A stretch of DNA of 64,000 nt from an uncultured Syntrophaceae bacterium (GTDB lineage: Bacteria > Desulfobacterota > Syntrophia > Syntrophales > UBA6807): positions 3,867 to 67,866 of the forward strand of contig CAZGAK010000001.1 in assembly GCA_964523565.1 (NCBI GenBank). Direction: 5' to 3'. Below the pieces are notes generated by a model, which did no database searches, was not told the DNA's origin, and saw nothing but the letters and a program-made list of their open reading frames with translations. Position numbers and translations under genes: made by a program. Position 1 is the stretch's first letter. Each line of letters opens with the position of its first letter. Shown in pieces: positions 37,694-45,491 of this stretch.

Positions 37694-37810
37694 CTCAAAA
37701 AACAGGGGCATCATAAAAGGCTCACGCCTGAATTCCTTATTTGGAGTTTACCCGTAAGGGTTATACACTTATTTGGAGTTTACCCGTAAGGGTTTTACCG
37801 TGATTTATTG
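37694..37810 (+). repeat. Repeat family 2 (117 bp) with an internal 32 bp tandem duplication
   Basis: Same sequence as 3128-3212 with a few substitutions. CTTATTTGGAGTTTACCCGTAAGGGTT(A/T)TAC(A/C) is present twice in tandem. Confidence 0.8.
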
Positions 37811-37826
37811 GGCTGATTCATTTTCT

Positions 37827-37945
37827 TTCTTTATAGAGGTACAAGGTACAAGGACAAAGGATCAAGGAAAAACCTTCAGCCTTTAGCCTTTAGTTCTCAG
37901 TCCTCATTGCTCATTGCTCAGCCCTTTGCGGCTTTGCCGCCTCAG
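37827..37945 (+). repeat. Modular repeat family 1, delta core, left arm reduced to TTCTTTAT
   Basis: Same as 37526-37658 but with three fewer AGGNNCA heptads and one extra CCTTTAG unit. It ends GCGGCTTTGCCGCCTCAG. Confidence 0.85.
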
Positions 37946-37957
37946 GTGTCACTATAT

Positions 37958-37990
37958 AAAAAAAAGAGTATTCCATGTCAAGGGGAATAC
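37958..37990 (-). terminator. Rho-independent terminator downstream of the CDP-alcohol phosphatidyltransferase gene
   Basis: On the minus strand, GTATTCC and GGAATAC form a stem (plus-strand 37968-37974 and 37984-37990) followed by a T8 run. Confidence 0.6.
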
Positions 37991-38044
37991 AGAGATTATA
38001 GAAATAATACATTGATTCAGGCGGCCTGCAAAGGTCTCAAGCTG

Positions 38045-38674
38045 TTATTCCGTTTGAGCAAGGTCCTTTTTCCCTTCGAGAAGCCTGTGGATGACCGTTA
38101 TATTTGTTAAAACGGCCAGCACTATCAACGTCCCCATAAAGATACAGTCAGGACATTCGGGAAAATATCTTCCAATGGGCGCGTTCAGGAGCGAACCGGC
38201 AGAAACCAAAATTAATCTTTCGGGTCGCTGCATCAAGCCGATAACTCTTATACTTCCCAGTGATTCGGCACGGGCCTTTACGTAACTGACCATGACCGAA
38301 CCCAGCAAGGCCAGCATAACCACATAAAACATCCAGCTGTTTTGATAGTAAAAGAGAAGCCCGAAAAATACGAAAAACTCGGCATAACGATCCAGCGTTG
38401 AATCCAGTAAGGCGCCGAACCTGGTTGATTGTCCTGTAAGACGGGCAATGGAACCATCCATTGTATCCGCTATCCCTGATAGCAAGAGCAAAATTCCACC
38501 CATGAAAATGGCCCCGAAGGCATAAAATAATGCCGAAATCAGAGAAAGGCATAATGAAAAGAGGGTGATTGCGTTGGGTGAAACACCTCTGTTAACCAGC
38601 GGTTTCATCCATCTTTCCATAAGAGAATAATACCTCTTAATCATCTGGTGACGCGCTTCAGTAAAATTCATCAT
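38045..38674 (-). CDS. CDP-alcohol phosphatidyltransferase family protein
   Basis: Signature DTMDGSIARLTGQSTRFGALLDSTLDRYAE matches D-x2-DG-x2-AR...G-x3-D-x3-D. The protein is polytopic. Confidence 0.8.
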   Translation of the reverse strand: MMNFTEARHQMIKRYYSLMERWMKPLVNRGVSPNAITLFSLCLSLISALFYAFGAIFMGGILLLLSGIADTMDGSIARLTGQSTRFGALLDSTLDRYAEFFVFFGLLFYYQNSWMFYVVMLALLGSVMVSYVKARAESLGSIRVIGLMQRPERLILVSAGSLLNAPIGRYFPECPDCIFMGTLIVLAVLTNITVIHRLLEGKKDLAQTE

Positions 38675-38693
38675 GTAATCCTGTCCTGGAAGG

Positions 38694-38921
38694 TTATAAC
38701 GTTAGAAAATCGTCTATGGATAAACCGGATTGAGATATTATGGATTTCAGGGTCTTTTGAGGTATGTCTTTCCCTGGATGGTTGGGAATTACAACTCTCC
38801 TTTTGGTTACAGGATTATACCAGATTTCGTGACTCCCCTTTGCCTGGCGATCAAAAACAAATCCCGCCTTTTTAAGTTTCCGTATTACCTTAATCGGGGT
38901 CAAACTTTTCAACTTCGTCAT
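38694..38921 (-). CDS. hicA: HicA-family mRNA interferase toxin
   Basis: 75 aa. VIRKLKKAGFVFDRQAKGSHEIW...IPNHPGKDIPQKTLKSIISQSGL is the typical HicA/YcfA pattern. Confidence 0.85.
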   Translation of the reverse strand: MTKLKSLTPIKVIRKLKKAGFVFDRQAKGSHEIWYNPVTKRRVVIPNHPGKDIPQKTLKSIISQSGLSIDDFLTL

Positions 38922-39172
38922 ATGGCCATCGAGATAGGAATCTTGGCTTCAACGGCGACGTTATCAGCCCTCAAGGCCTTCAATGTTTCGGGGAGGGGAT
39001 CTCCATGTTCAAGGTATGATTCCACAAGCTTCCGAGCTACATCCTGTGCTATCTCCATAGTTTCTGCGACGGTTCTCCCTTGGGCGAGTAACTCAGGCAG
39101 GCATTTACTCGTTGCCAGATAACCTCCCTCCTCCAAGGGTTCAATTGTAATTGATAAGAAGAATTCAGGCAT
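38918..39172 (-). CDS. hicB: HicB-family antitoxin
   Basis: 84 aa from the internal Met (MPEFFLSITIEPLEEGGYLATSKCLPELLAQGRTVAETMEIAQD), which is HicB/UPF0150-like. It overlaps hicA by 4 nt. Confidence 0.7.
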   Translation of the reverse strand: MPEFFLSITIEPLEEGGYLATSKCLPELLAQGRTVAETMEIAQDVARKLVESYLEHGDPLPETLKALRADNVAVEAKIPISMAI

Positions 39173-39342
39173 AATGTTCACCTTTTTTGATTTAATAATT
39201 ATAACAATGGAATAAGAAGAGTAATATTTATACGCCAAGAGAACGCCACAGTCAACAAATTTTAGATTATAGAAATGTCAACAATACTGAGCAGTATCCC
39301 CGGATTTCCCTCGCTGCCGACAGGCAGTCACTGGAAGCATGG

Positions 39343-40245
39343 GTGAAGGGACTGCCGGGACCTTGGATAGGCGCTATGGAAGCAACAATATTCACCGGAT
39401 GGGTGTATGACTTTTTAAAGCCGCACGCCATTGTCCTGAAGGTGGCTCATCCTGCGATGCTGAAGGCCATAACAGCCGCCAAGAAAAAGAACGATCGTGC
39501 CGATGCCGAGAAAATAGCCGATCTGTTACGGGTGAATCTTCTGCCTGAATGCCACATGCTTTCAGAAGAGATTCGTGAACTGCGACGGATATTACGGTAT
39601 CGCAACCATATTGTTCGGACGGCAGTTAAGATGCAGAACAAGATGTCGGGTCTGCTCATGGAAGTTGGTGTCAGCTACAGCAAGAAACGCTTGCACGGCA
39701 AGAAATACTTTCGTGAACTTCTAGAACGAGTCGATGAAATTCCCCCTTCCGTCAAGGAGCTTCTTCAGCTGAGTCGTTCAAGCTACGAGATGTTTCGCTC
39801 TTTCCAGAAGCGGCTTGTTGCAACGCTTCGCACCGACAGCCTGATACGTGATCGGGTACATCGTCTCATGACCATCCCCGGTGTAGGAGAGATAACGGCA
39901 CTGACCTGGGTATTGGAGATCGGCGATCCCGAACTATTATCATCCATTCGTAAGGCAATCAGCTACTGCGGGCTGTGCAGCGCACAAAAAGAATCGGCGG
40001 GCAAGGAGCAGCGAGGCCCCATCTCCAAGAAACGGAACAAACACCTGCAAACCATACTCATTGAAGCCGCAAAGCTTGCACCATACTGGAACGAGCAACT
40101 GGCCATTGTACATGAGCGGGAATCGAAGAAAGGAAACAAAAACAGGGCAACCCTTGCCGTTGCGAGAAAGCTTGTGGCTTACATGCTGGCTGTTGACAGG
40201 AAAGGGAGCGATTTCAAGCTTCCCTCAGAAACGCAAGCAGCCTGA
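39343..40245 (+). pseudogene. IS110-family (DEDD) transposase, 5'-truncated remnant
   Basis: Contains the second half of the DEDD domain (GAMEATIFTGW, KKNDRADAEKIADLL) and the Transposase_20 region (IPGVGEITALTWVLEIGD, SAGKEQRGPISKKRNKHL). The N-terminal GIDxxK block is absent. The frame stays open upstream to 39205 without a start or the missing motif. Confidence 0.7.
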
Positions 40246-40662
40246 AACAGACGCTGTATGAACATATAAATCTGCCGAGATGAAGATCTTCCCGCCGGGC
40301 CTTGCCGTCTGGGGACTGTGCATGCGATAAACGCAATGCAACGATTATAGTGTTTCGAGGCCGGTGGGTTGACCCAAACTCAATCTTCTGTATAGGTCAT
40401 TAAGGATATGGTGTAACGCGAACCTATCCGACCTTGGTACAGCAAATGGATGTCTGGTCGCATACGATCTATTAGTGCGGACCACAAAGAATGAAGAAAA
40501 AGATCGAGTTGAGGCAGATCAACAGAAATAACCGCCGGGAATCCGTCAATCCGGAAGGTCAAGGGAAATCTCCGTTTTCCCCTTGACAAAACTTATCATG
40601 GATGTCCCCGGATTTCTGGTGTCCCCGGATTTCCCCAAATATATGCTATTTCGTGCACACCA

Positions 40663-40696
40663 AACAAAAAAGGCAGAGCCTCACAGACTCTGCCTT
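40663..40696 (-). terminator. Rho-independent terminator after the PEP-CTERM gene
   Basis: AAGGCAGAG (40670-40678) pairs with CTCTGCCTT (40688-40696), followed on the minus strand by a T-run. It lies 32 nt past the stop codon. Confidence 0.7.
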
Positions 40697-40727
40697 TCCT
40701 AATTCAGCGAGTTACACACTCGGGTCG

Positions 40728-41522
40728 TTAGCACTTCCTCCTGAATCCTGCAAGACCGACGATACCCGTCATCAGCAGAACCATCGTCAGGGGCTCGGGG
40801 ACGGAAGGGTTGACTTCTTCCCCGATCTTCTCTTTGACTGCCAGTCCAAAGTCGTCAAAACTCGCGACAACCCAGACAAACGGATTGGTGCCTCCGATAA
40901 CGTTATCTTCACCATATGGTGTGGCTTGGATGGAATCTTCAGGATCATCGCCGAAGTAGTCACGATCGTTAACGAACAGGGCGTTAATCGTATCGACACC
41001 GCTTGCAAGCGCCGCATCCCTTGCATCCTGTACATTCGGAGCTATCTGGGCATAACTGATGGAATCAGCGCCGTCGCCCGTCACGTCTATGACCTGCCGG
41101 GTTCCCTCAAAAGCATTAGTGAAAAGTGGATACCCGTAATTCATGGCTGCGGCCATTTGCGTTCCACCAAAAAAGGGACGGGTAGTGCCAGCGATGGCAT
41201 CTGCAAAAGCATACGAACTAGCCTCGCTGTTAATGTACATCCAATCAAGCGCAAGGGATTGACTGTCAGACCAGTAGACGAGCGATACCGCAATTGAACC
41301 GTAGGTGCCAGCGGTCGTGATGGAGTTAATGATGCTGGCATCCCTGAACGCCGCTTCGTAACCGCCCCTGATAAGGTCGAAGTCAGTAGCGTCTACACTG
41401 CCAGAAACATCACAGAGTAACAAGAGTTCAAGGTCGACAGAAACGGCCGCGGCTTGCTGCGGTACTGCCAAGCAAAGAGCGAGGGCGATCGCGAGCATTA
41501 CTGAAAATATTTTCTTTTTCAT
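40728..41522 (-). CDS. Secreted DUF1194 (VWA-like) domain protein with a C-terminal PEP-CTERM sorting signal
   Basis: Signal peptide MKKKIFSVMLAIALALCLAVPQQAAA. DUF1194-like start LELLLLCDVSGSVDATDFDLIRGGYEAAF. C-terminus VPEPLTMVLLMTGIVGLAGFRRKC, giving PEP, a TM helix and a basic tail. Confidence 0.7.
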   Translation of the reverse strand: MKKKIFSVMLAIALALCLAVPQQAAAVSVDLELLLLCDVSGSVDATDFDLIRGGYEAAFRDASIINSITTAGTYGSIAVSLVYWSDSQSLALDWMYINSEASSYAFADAIAGTTRPFFGGTQMAAAMNYGYPLFTNAFEGTRQVIDVTGDGADSISYAQIAPNVQDARDAALASGVDTINALFVNDRDYFGDDPEDSIQATPYGEDNVIGGTNPFVWVVASFDDFGLAVKEKIGEEVNPSVPEPLTMVLLMTGIVGLAGFRRKC

Positions 41523-41601
41523 TCTTTTTACCTCCTTTCCTTTTAAAATATATTTTGTTTAATGGTAAATTAAGCAAAAATGATGCCATTTGCATAACCA
41601 T

Positions 41602-41623
41602 TTGATATTACAAACAATATCAA
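41602..41623. promoter_or_regulatory. Perfect 8-6-8 palindrome upstream of the PEP-CTERM gene (candidate operator)
   Basis: TTGATATT-ACAAAC-AATATCAA, located 80-100 nt upstream of the start codon at 41522. Confidence 0.3.
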
Positions 41624-41945
41624 AAATGCTATTCCGATTACTGCTTTCATTTTGTAAACGTATCCGACAGTTTTTTGCGATTTTTATGAAAATTTGCGGG
41701 GCATAAAAAGATAACTGCTTATATTAATTGACAGAACAGCCCAAAAAAGGCCGTAACAAAAAGTGTCGGCATGCTTTACAGCTTTCGGCTTGTTTTACAA
41801 ATCGAACATTAAAACTCTCATTGTTCTTTAAAAAAAAAGAAAAAAAGGGAAAAAAGGATTGAAGGATTGGAGGCTAAATCATAAATAAGTCGAAAGTGGA
41901 CCTCTTTCCCCCATTCTTTTCCAGTAGGGCCCGTTCCCCGAACGA

Positions 41946-43360
41946 AGTAATTCGGGGACGTTGTTGACTATGTTGACTTTCTATTTTTCCGATCTACTGA
42001 TAATTTTTGAGATGGCAGATGTTGATACTCCCAGTTGACGTGCTATCTCTGCAAATGGAATTCCATACTGTTCCGCTAAACTGATCGCTAACTTCGACCT
42101 TATCTTTGATATTGATCCCCTGCGGCTTCCGTATTTAAGTTCTTTAATATTAATGTTTTCCTGCTTGCATGCCTTTTCTATGAATTGCTCCACCTTTTTC
42201 AGGCGGTCTTGTCCCAAAAATTGATGTCTCACCTTTTGATCAACCTCTTGTAACAGATAATCGACGAATTCTCCGCCACCCAATATCCGCTCATCAGAAC
42301 TCGCACGCATTCCTGAAAATCGCATAGTCTTGACTTGAGTCCAACCGCCCATAGATCGAATCAAGCCTCCGCCAACTAACTCCGGCCGTCTGCCTTGATT
42401 AATTCCTTCTTGAATAAATTCCCGGTAGCAACTTCTGGCCACTCCTTCTGTTTTGCCAAACCACCTTAATATGTAATCACGATCTTGCCAATCGTTTGTT
42501 CTTTTACCCATTACAGTCGCATGCCCACACCAGCGGTAGATGTCCAGTTCCGATAAACTCTTCACAAGTTTTGCCCGCAGTGGATTTAAATGAATATAGC
42601 GGACTAACTCCTTAAAATAAACATCCTCTTCACAAATTATCGATTTAGAGTAATTCGGAGTAATTCGGGGACGTTGTTGACTATGTTGACTTTCTATTTT
42701 TCCGATCTACTGATAATTTTTGAGATGGCAGATGTTGATACTCCCAGTTGACGTGCTATCTCTGCAAATGGAATTCCATACTGTTCCGCTAAACTGATCG
42801 CTAACTTCGACCTTATCTTTGATATTGATCCCCTGCGGCTTCCGTATTTAAGTTCTTTAATATTAATGTTTTCCTGCTTGCATGCCTTTTCTATGAATTG
42901 CTCCACCTTTTTCAGGCGGTCTTGTCCCAAAAATTGATGTCTCACCTTTTGATCAACCTCTTGTAACAGATAATCGACGAATTCTCCGCCACCCAATATC
43001 CGCTCATCAGAACTCGCACGCATTCCTGAAAATCGCATAGTCTTGACTTGAGTCCAACCGCCCATAGATCGAATCAAGCCTCCGCCAACTAACTCCGGCC
43101 GTCTGCCTTGATTAATTCCTTCTTGAATAAATTCCCGGTAGCAACTTCTGGCCACTCCTTCTGTTTTGCCAAACCACCTTAATATGTAATCACGATCTTG
43201 CCAATCGTTTGTTCTTTTACCCATTACAGTCGCATGCCCACACCAGCGGTAGATGTCCAGTTCCGATAAACTCTTCACAAGTTTTGCCCGCAGTGGATTT
43301 AAATGAATATAGCGGACTAACTCCTTAAAATAAACATCCTCTTCACAAATTATCGATTTA
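41946..43360. repeat. Perfect tandem duplication, 2 x 702 bp joined by an 11 bp junction (period 713 bp)
   Basis: By my reading, 41946-42647 is identical base for base to 42659-43360. The junction GAGTAATTCGG (42648-42658) partly re-copies the first 10 nt of the unit. Confidence 0.85.
41981..42565 (-). pseudogene. Duplicated 3' fragment of the HUH/Y1 transposase-like gene, lacking the catalytic N-terminus
   Basis: The 194 aa translation is identical to the C-terminal 194 aa of the 42694-43665 product. There is no HUH motif. Confidence 0.75.
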
Positions 43361-43665
43361 TAACGATTTTGAAACAAATGACCGTGGCGACGATGGCGCC
43401 GGTTATAGGATAACGCATATCCGGTGAGTAGCCTCCTCATATAGAAGGATAGACCAGAAGAAGAGCTTTTCAACAATATGTGAGCATGATTAGACATCAA
43501 CGACCAGGCATAAATTGCCGTACCGGTATCAGAGGCGATTTGTCCCATTCGGGAGACAAAATCTTCTCGATCAGTTGTATCATCGACGATCCTGCGTTTT
43601 TCAATCCCCCGCACGATCACATGATGCAGCGTTCCAGGGGCATCAAGCCGGGCTTGTCGTGGCAT
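42694..43665 (-). CDS. HUH (Y1) transposase-like protein (IS200/RAYT-related) with a C-terminal DnaA-domain-IV-like HTH
   Basis: N-terminus GTLHHVIVRGIEKR and HUH motif SNHAHILL, with a catalytic Tyr context VRYIHLNPLRA. The C-terminus RSKLAISLAEQYGIPFAEIARQLGVSTSAISKI is a helix-turn-helix. Confidence 0.7.
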   Translation of the reverse strand: MPRQARLDAPGTLHHVIVRGIEKRRIVDDTTDREDFVSRMGQIASDTGTAIYAWSLMSNHAHILLKSSSSGLSFYMRRLLTGYALSYNRRHRRHGHLFQNRYKSIICEEDVYFKELVRYIHLNPLRAKLVKSLSELDIYRWCGHATVMGKRTNDWQDRDYILRWFGKTEGVARSCYREFIQEGINQGRRPELVGGGLIRSMGGWTQVKTMRFSGMRASSDERILGGGEFVDYLLQEVDQKVRHQFLGQDRLKKVEQFIEKACKQENINIKELKYGSRRGSISKIRSKLAISLAEQYGIPFAEIARQLGVSTSAISKIISRSEK

Positions 43666-43940
43666 TCGTTACCTTCTCATTAAACGATTGACCGAATGCT
43701 AACATAATTATTCAAGCTTGTCAACTACGTCCCTTTTATTCCCCCTTTTATTCCCGGTGGGGCTATAAGTTAAAAGAAGCAGACGATTATGTGAGGCTGC
43801 ATTATTCGCAGGTAAGTAAGATAGATTCAAGGGGGGGCAAAAGACAAGACCTTACCCCCTTTATCCTTCCGACGCAGAAAAAGATACATCTTGACATTCG
43901 GTCCATATTTGGTATTGTATGCGGACCGGGGGTGGTGAAA

Positions 43941-44219
43941 ATGAAAATAACAAAGGATATAAAGCCAGTCACTTATTTAAAATCCAGAGCTGCGGATTTG
44001 TTAAACCAAATTAACGAAACCCATCGACCTGTAATTATAACCCAAAATGGGGAACCCAGAGCTGTTCTTCAGGATCCTGAAAGTTACGAAAATATGCGAA
44101 ATGCAATTGGTTTATTGAAACTGATATCTCAAGGTGAAAGTGATGTGCGGAATGGAAGGGTAAAGTCACAAGAGGAAGTATTTAAAGATATTGAGAATTC
44201 TCTGAAAGAAAAACTGTAA
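43941..44219 (+). CDS. Phd/YefM-family antitoxin
   Basis: 92 aa from ATG 43941. HRPVIITQNGEPRAVLQDPESYE is the Phd/YefM core. The stop codon overlaps the toxin start (TAATG). Confidence 0.8.
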   Translation: MKITKDIKPVTYLKSRAADLLNQINETHRPVIITQNGEPRAVLQDPESYENMRNAIGLLKLISQGESDVRNGRVKSQEEVFKDIENSLKEKL

Positions 44220-44542
44220 TGAATCCAAAGTATAAGATAATTTGGACCAGTGTTGCGGAAAATGATTTAAAAAATATCATTGAATACATTTCAGTGGATA
44301 GCCCACAAAATGCCATAAAAATATTGGAAAAGATAAAGAAAAAAGCTTCAAATCTTTATACCCTTTCCGAAAGGGGTCGCATCGTGCCAGAGCTTCAAGG
44401 CCAGGGCATATTGCAATACAGGGAGTTGGTAATTCCACCATGGCGATTAATATACAGAATTGATGAGCGAAAAATATATGTATTGTCTGTAATTGATTCT
44501 CGGCAGAATGTTGAGGATATCCTATTAACCCGATTGATTTAG
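44219..44542 (+). CDS. RelE/ParE-family toxin
   Basis: 107 aa (IIWTSVAENDLKNIIEYI...RELVIPPWRLIYRIDERKIYVLSVIDSRQ). Confidence 0.8.
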   Translation: MNPKYKIIWTSVAENDLKNIIEYISVDSPQNAIKILEKIKKKASNLYTLSERGRIVPELQGQGILQYRELVIPPWRLIYRIDERKIYVLSVIDSRQNVEDILLTRLI

Positions 44543-44700
44543 AAGCAATTGGCGGAAAGCTTGAGAAAGCTTGGGGTCAAATCTTTATTCTTTAATATTC
44601 TCACCGCGAATCCTTACTATAAATGCCAAATCCCCGTAAACTCAATGATCAAGATTTGATCCCAGGACCCCCCCCCAGGGCTTGGGGGATGTGCTAATGG

Positions 44701-45000
44701 TCAAGCGGCTGTCACTCGAACTTTTACTTCTTTCTCCAGGCGGTCAGACAATGCAATTTTAGCCATTTCAGTGTCGTAATGAGTTTGAATGCCTGTCCAA
44801 AATTCAACCGACATGCCAAAGTAACGGGCAAGGCGAAGCGCGGTGTCAGCACTGATGCCCCTTTCACAACGGACAATCTTGTTGATCCGCATGGCCGGAA
44901 CTCCTATGTCTTTAGCGAGCCGGTACTGGCTGATGCCCATCGGCTGTAAAAATTCCTCAAGCAAGATTTCGCCGGGATGGGTTGGCGGAAAGTCTCTCAT
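44701..45000 (-). CDS. higA: HigA-family antitoxin (XRE-type HTH)
   Basis: HPGEILLEEFLQPMGISQYRLAKDIGVPAMRINKIVRCERGISADTALRLARYFG is the classical HigA pattern. Confidence 0.85.
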   Translation of the reverse strand: MRDFPPTHPGEILLEEFLQPMGISQYRLAKDIGVPAMRINKIVRCERGISADTALRLARYFGMSVEFWTGIQTHYDTEMAKIALSDRLEKEVKVRVTAA

Positions 45001-45009
45001 AATATTACC

Positions 45010-45291
45010 TCAATGATAATCCACTATTTCGACGTTATACACGCCGTTTGTTTGCCATTCAAAGCAAATACGCCATTTATCGTTAATCCGAATACTGTGT
45101 TGACCTCGTCGATCTTCCTTCAACGCTTCCAGCCGGTTTGCCGGAGGAACCCGAAGGTCGTTAAGCTCTGCGGCTTTATGGAGCATAATCAGTTTCCGTT
45201 CGGCAACTCGCTGGATGTCTTGAGGTAGTTTTTTGGAAAAACGCCCATGAAAAATCTTTTCAGTCTCTCTGCATTTGAATGCCTTGATCAT
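45010..45291 (-). CDS. higB: HigB-family toxin (RelE superfamily, plasmid maintenance system killer type)
   Basis: From the internal Met: MIKAFKCRETEKIFHGRFSKKLPQDIQRVAERKL...RGQHSIRINDKWRICFEW. It lies upstream of higA, which is the usual toxin-first order. Confidence 0.85.
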   Translation of the reverse strand: MIKAFKCRETEKIFHGRFSKKLPQDIQRVAERKLIMLHKAAELNDLRVPPANRLEALKEDRRGQHSIRINDKWRICFEWQTNGVYNVEIVDYH

Positions 45292-45491
45292 GAAAATATA
45301 ATAACCCAAAATGATAATATCGTCAAGCGTTATTAGTCAAAATTGGGAACGGGTTCACATTTAATGATCGCTGATCCAATTTCCACACACGGACAAATGA
45401 TACTGAAACAAGTTCAGCCTTCGGCGTGAGCTCAATCGAACGGTTCGGCTGCAAATTCCCCGTGCTGAGTTAGTAAAACCGAAACCTCTTT

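Noticed and set aside
40602-41297. A 231 aa plus-strand ORF overlapping the PEP-CTERM gene.
   Set aside because: The minus-strand product has a signal peptide, a DUF1194-like core, a PEP-CTERM tail, a terminator and a promoter-like region. The plus-strand product has none of these.
43734-45310. Integron-like cassette array, with TA gene pairs as cassettes separated by attC sites.
   Set aside because: I found no integrase and no convincing attC-type imperfect palindromes with GTTRRRY cores between the TA pairs. The 44574-44672 inverted repeat (GGGTCAAATCT / AGATTTGATCCC) does not fit attC architecture.
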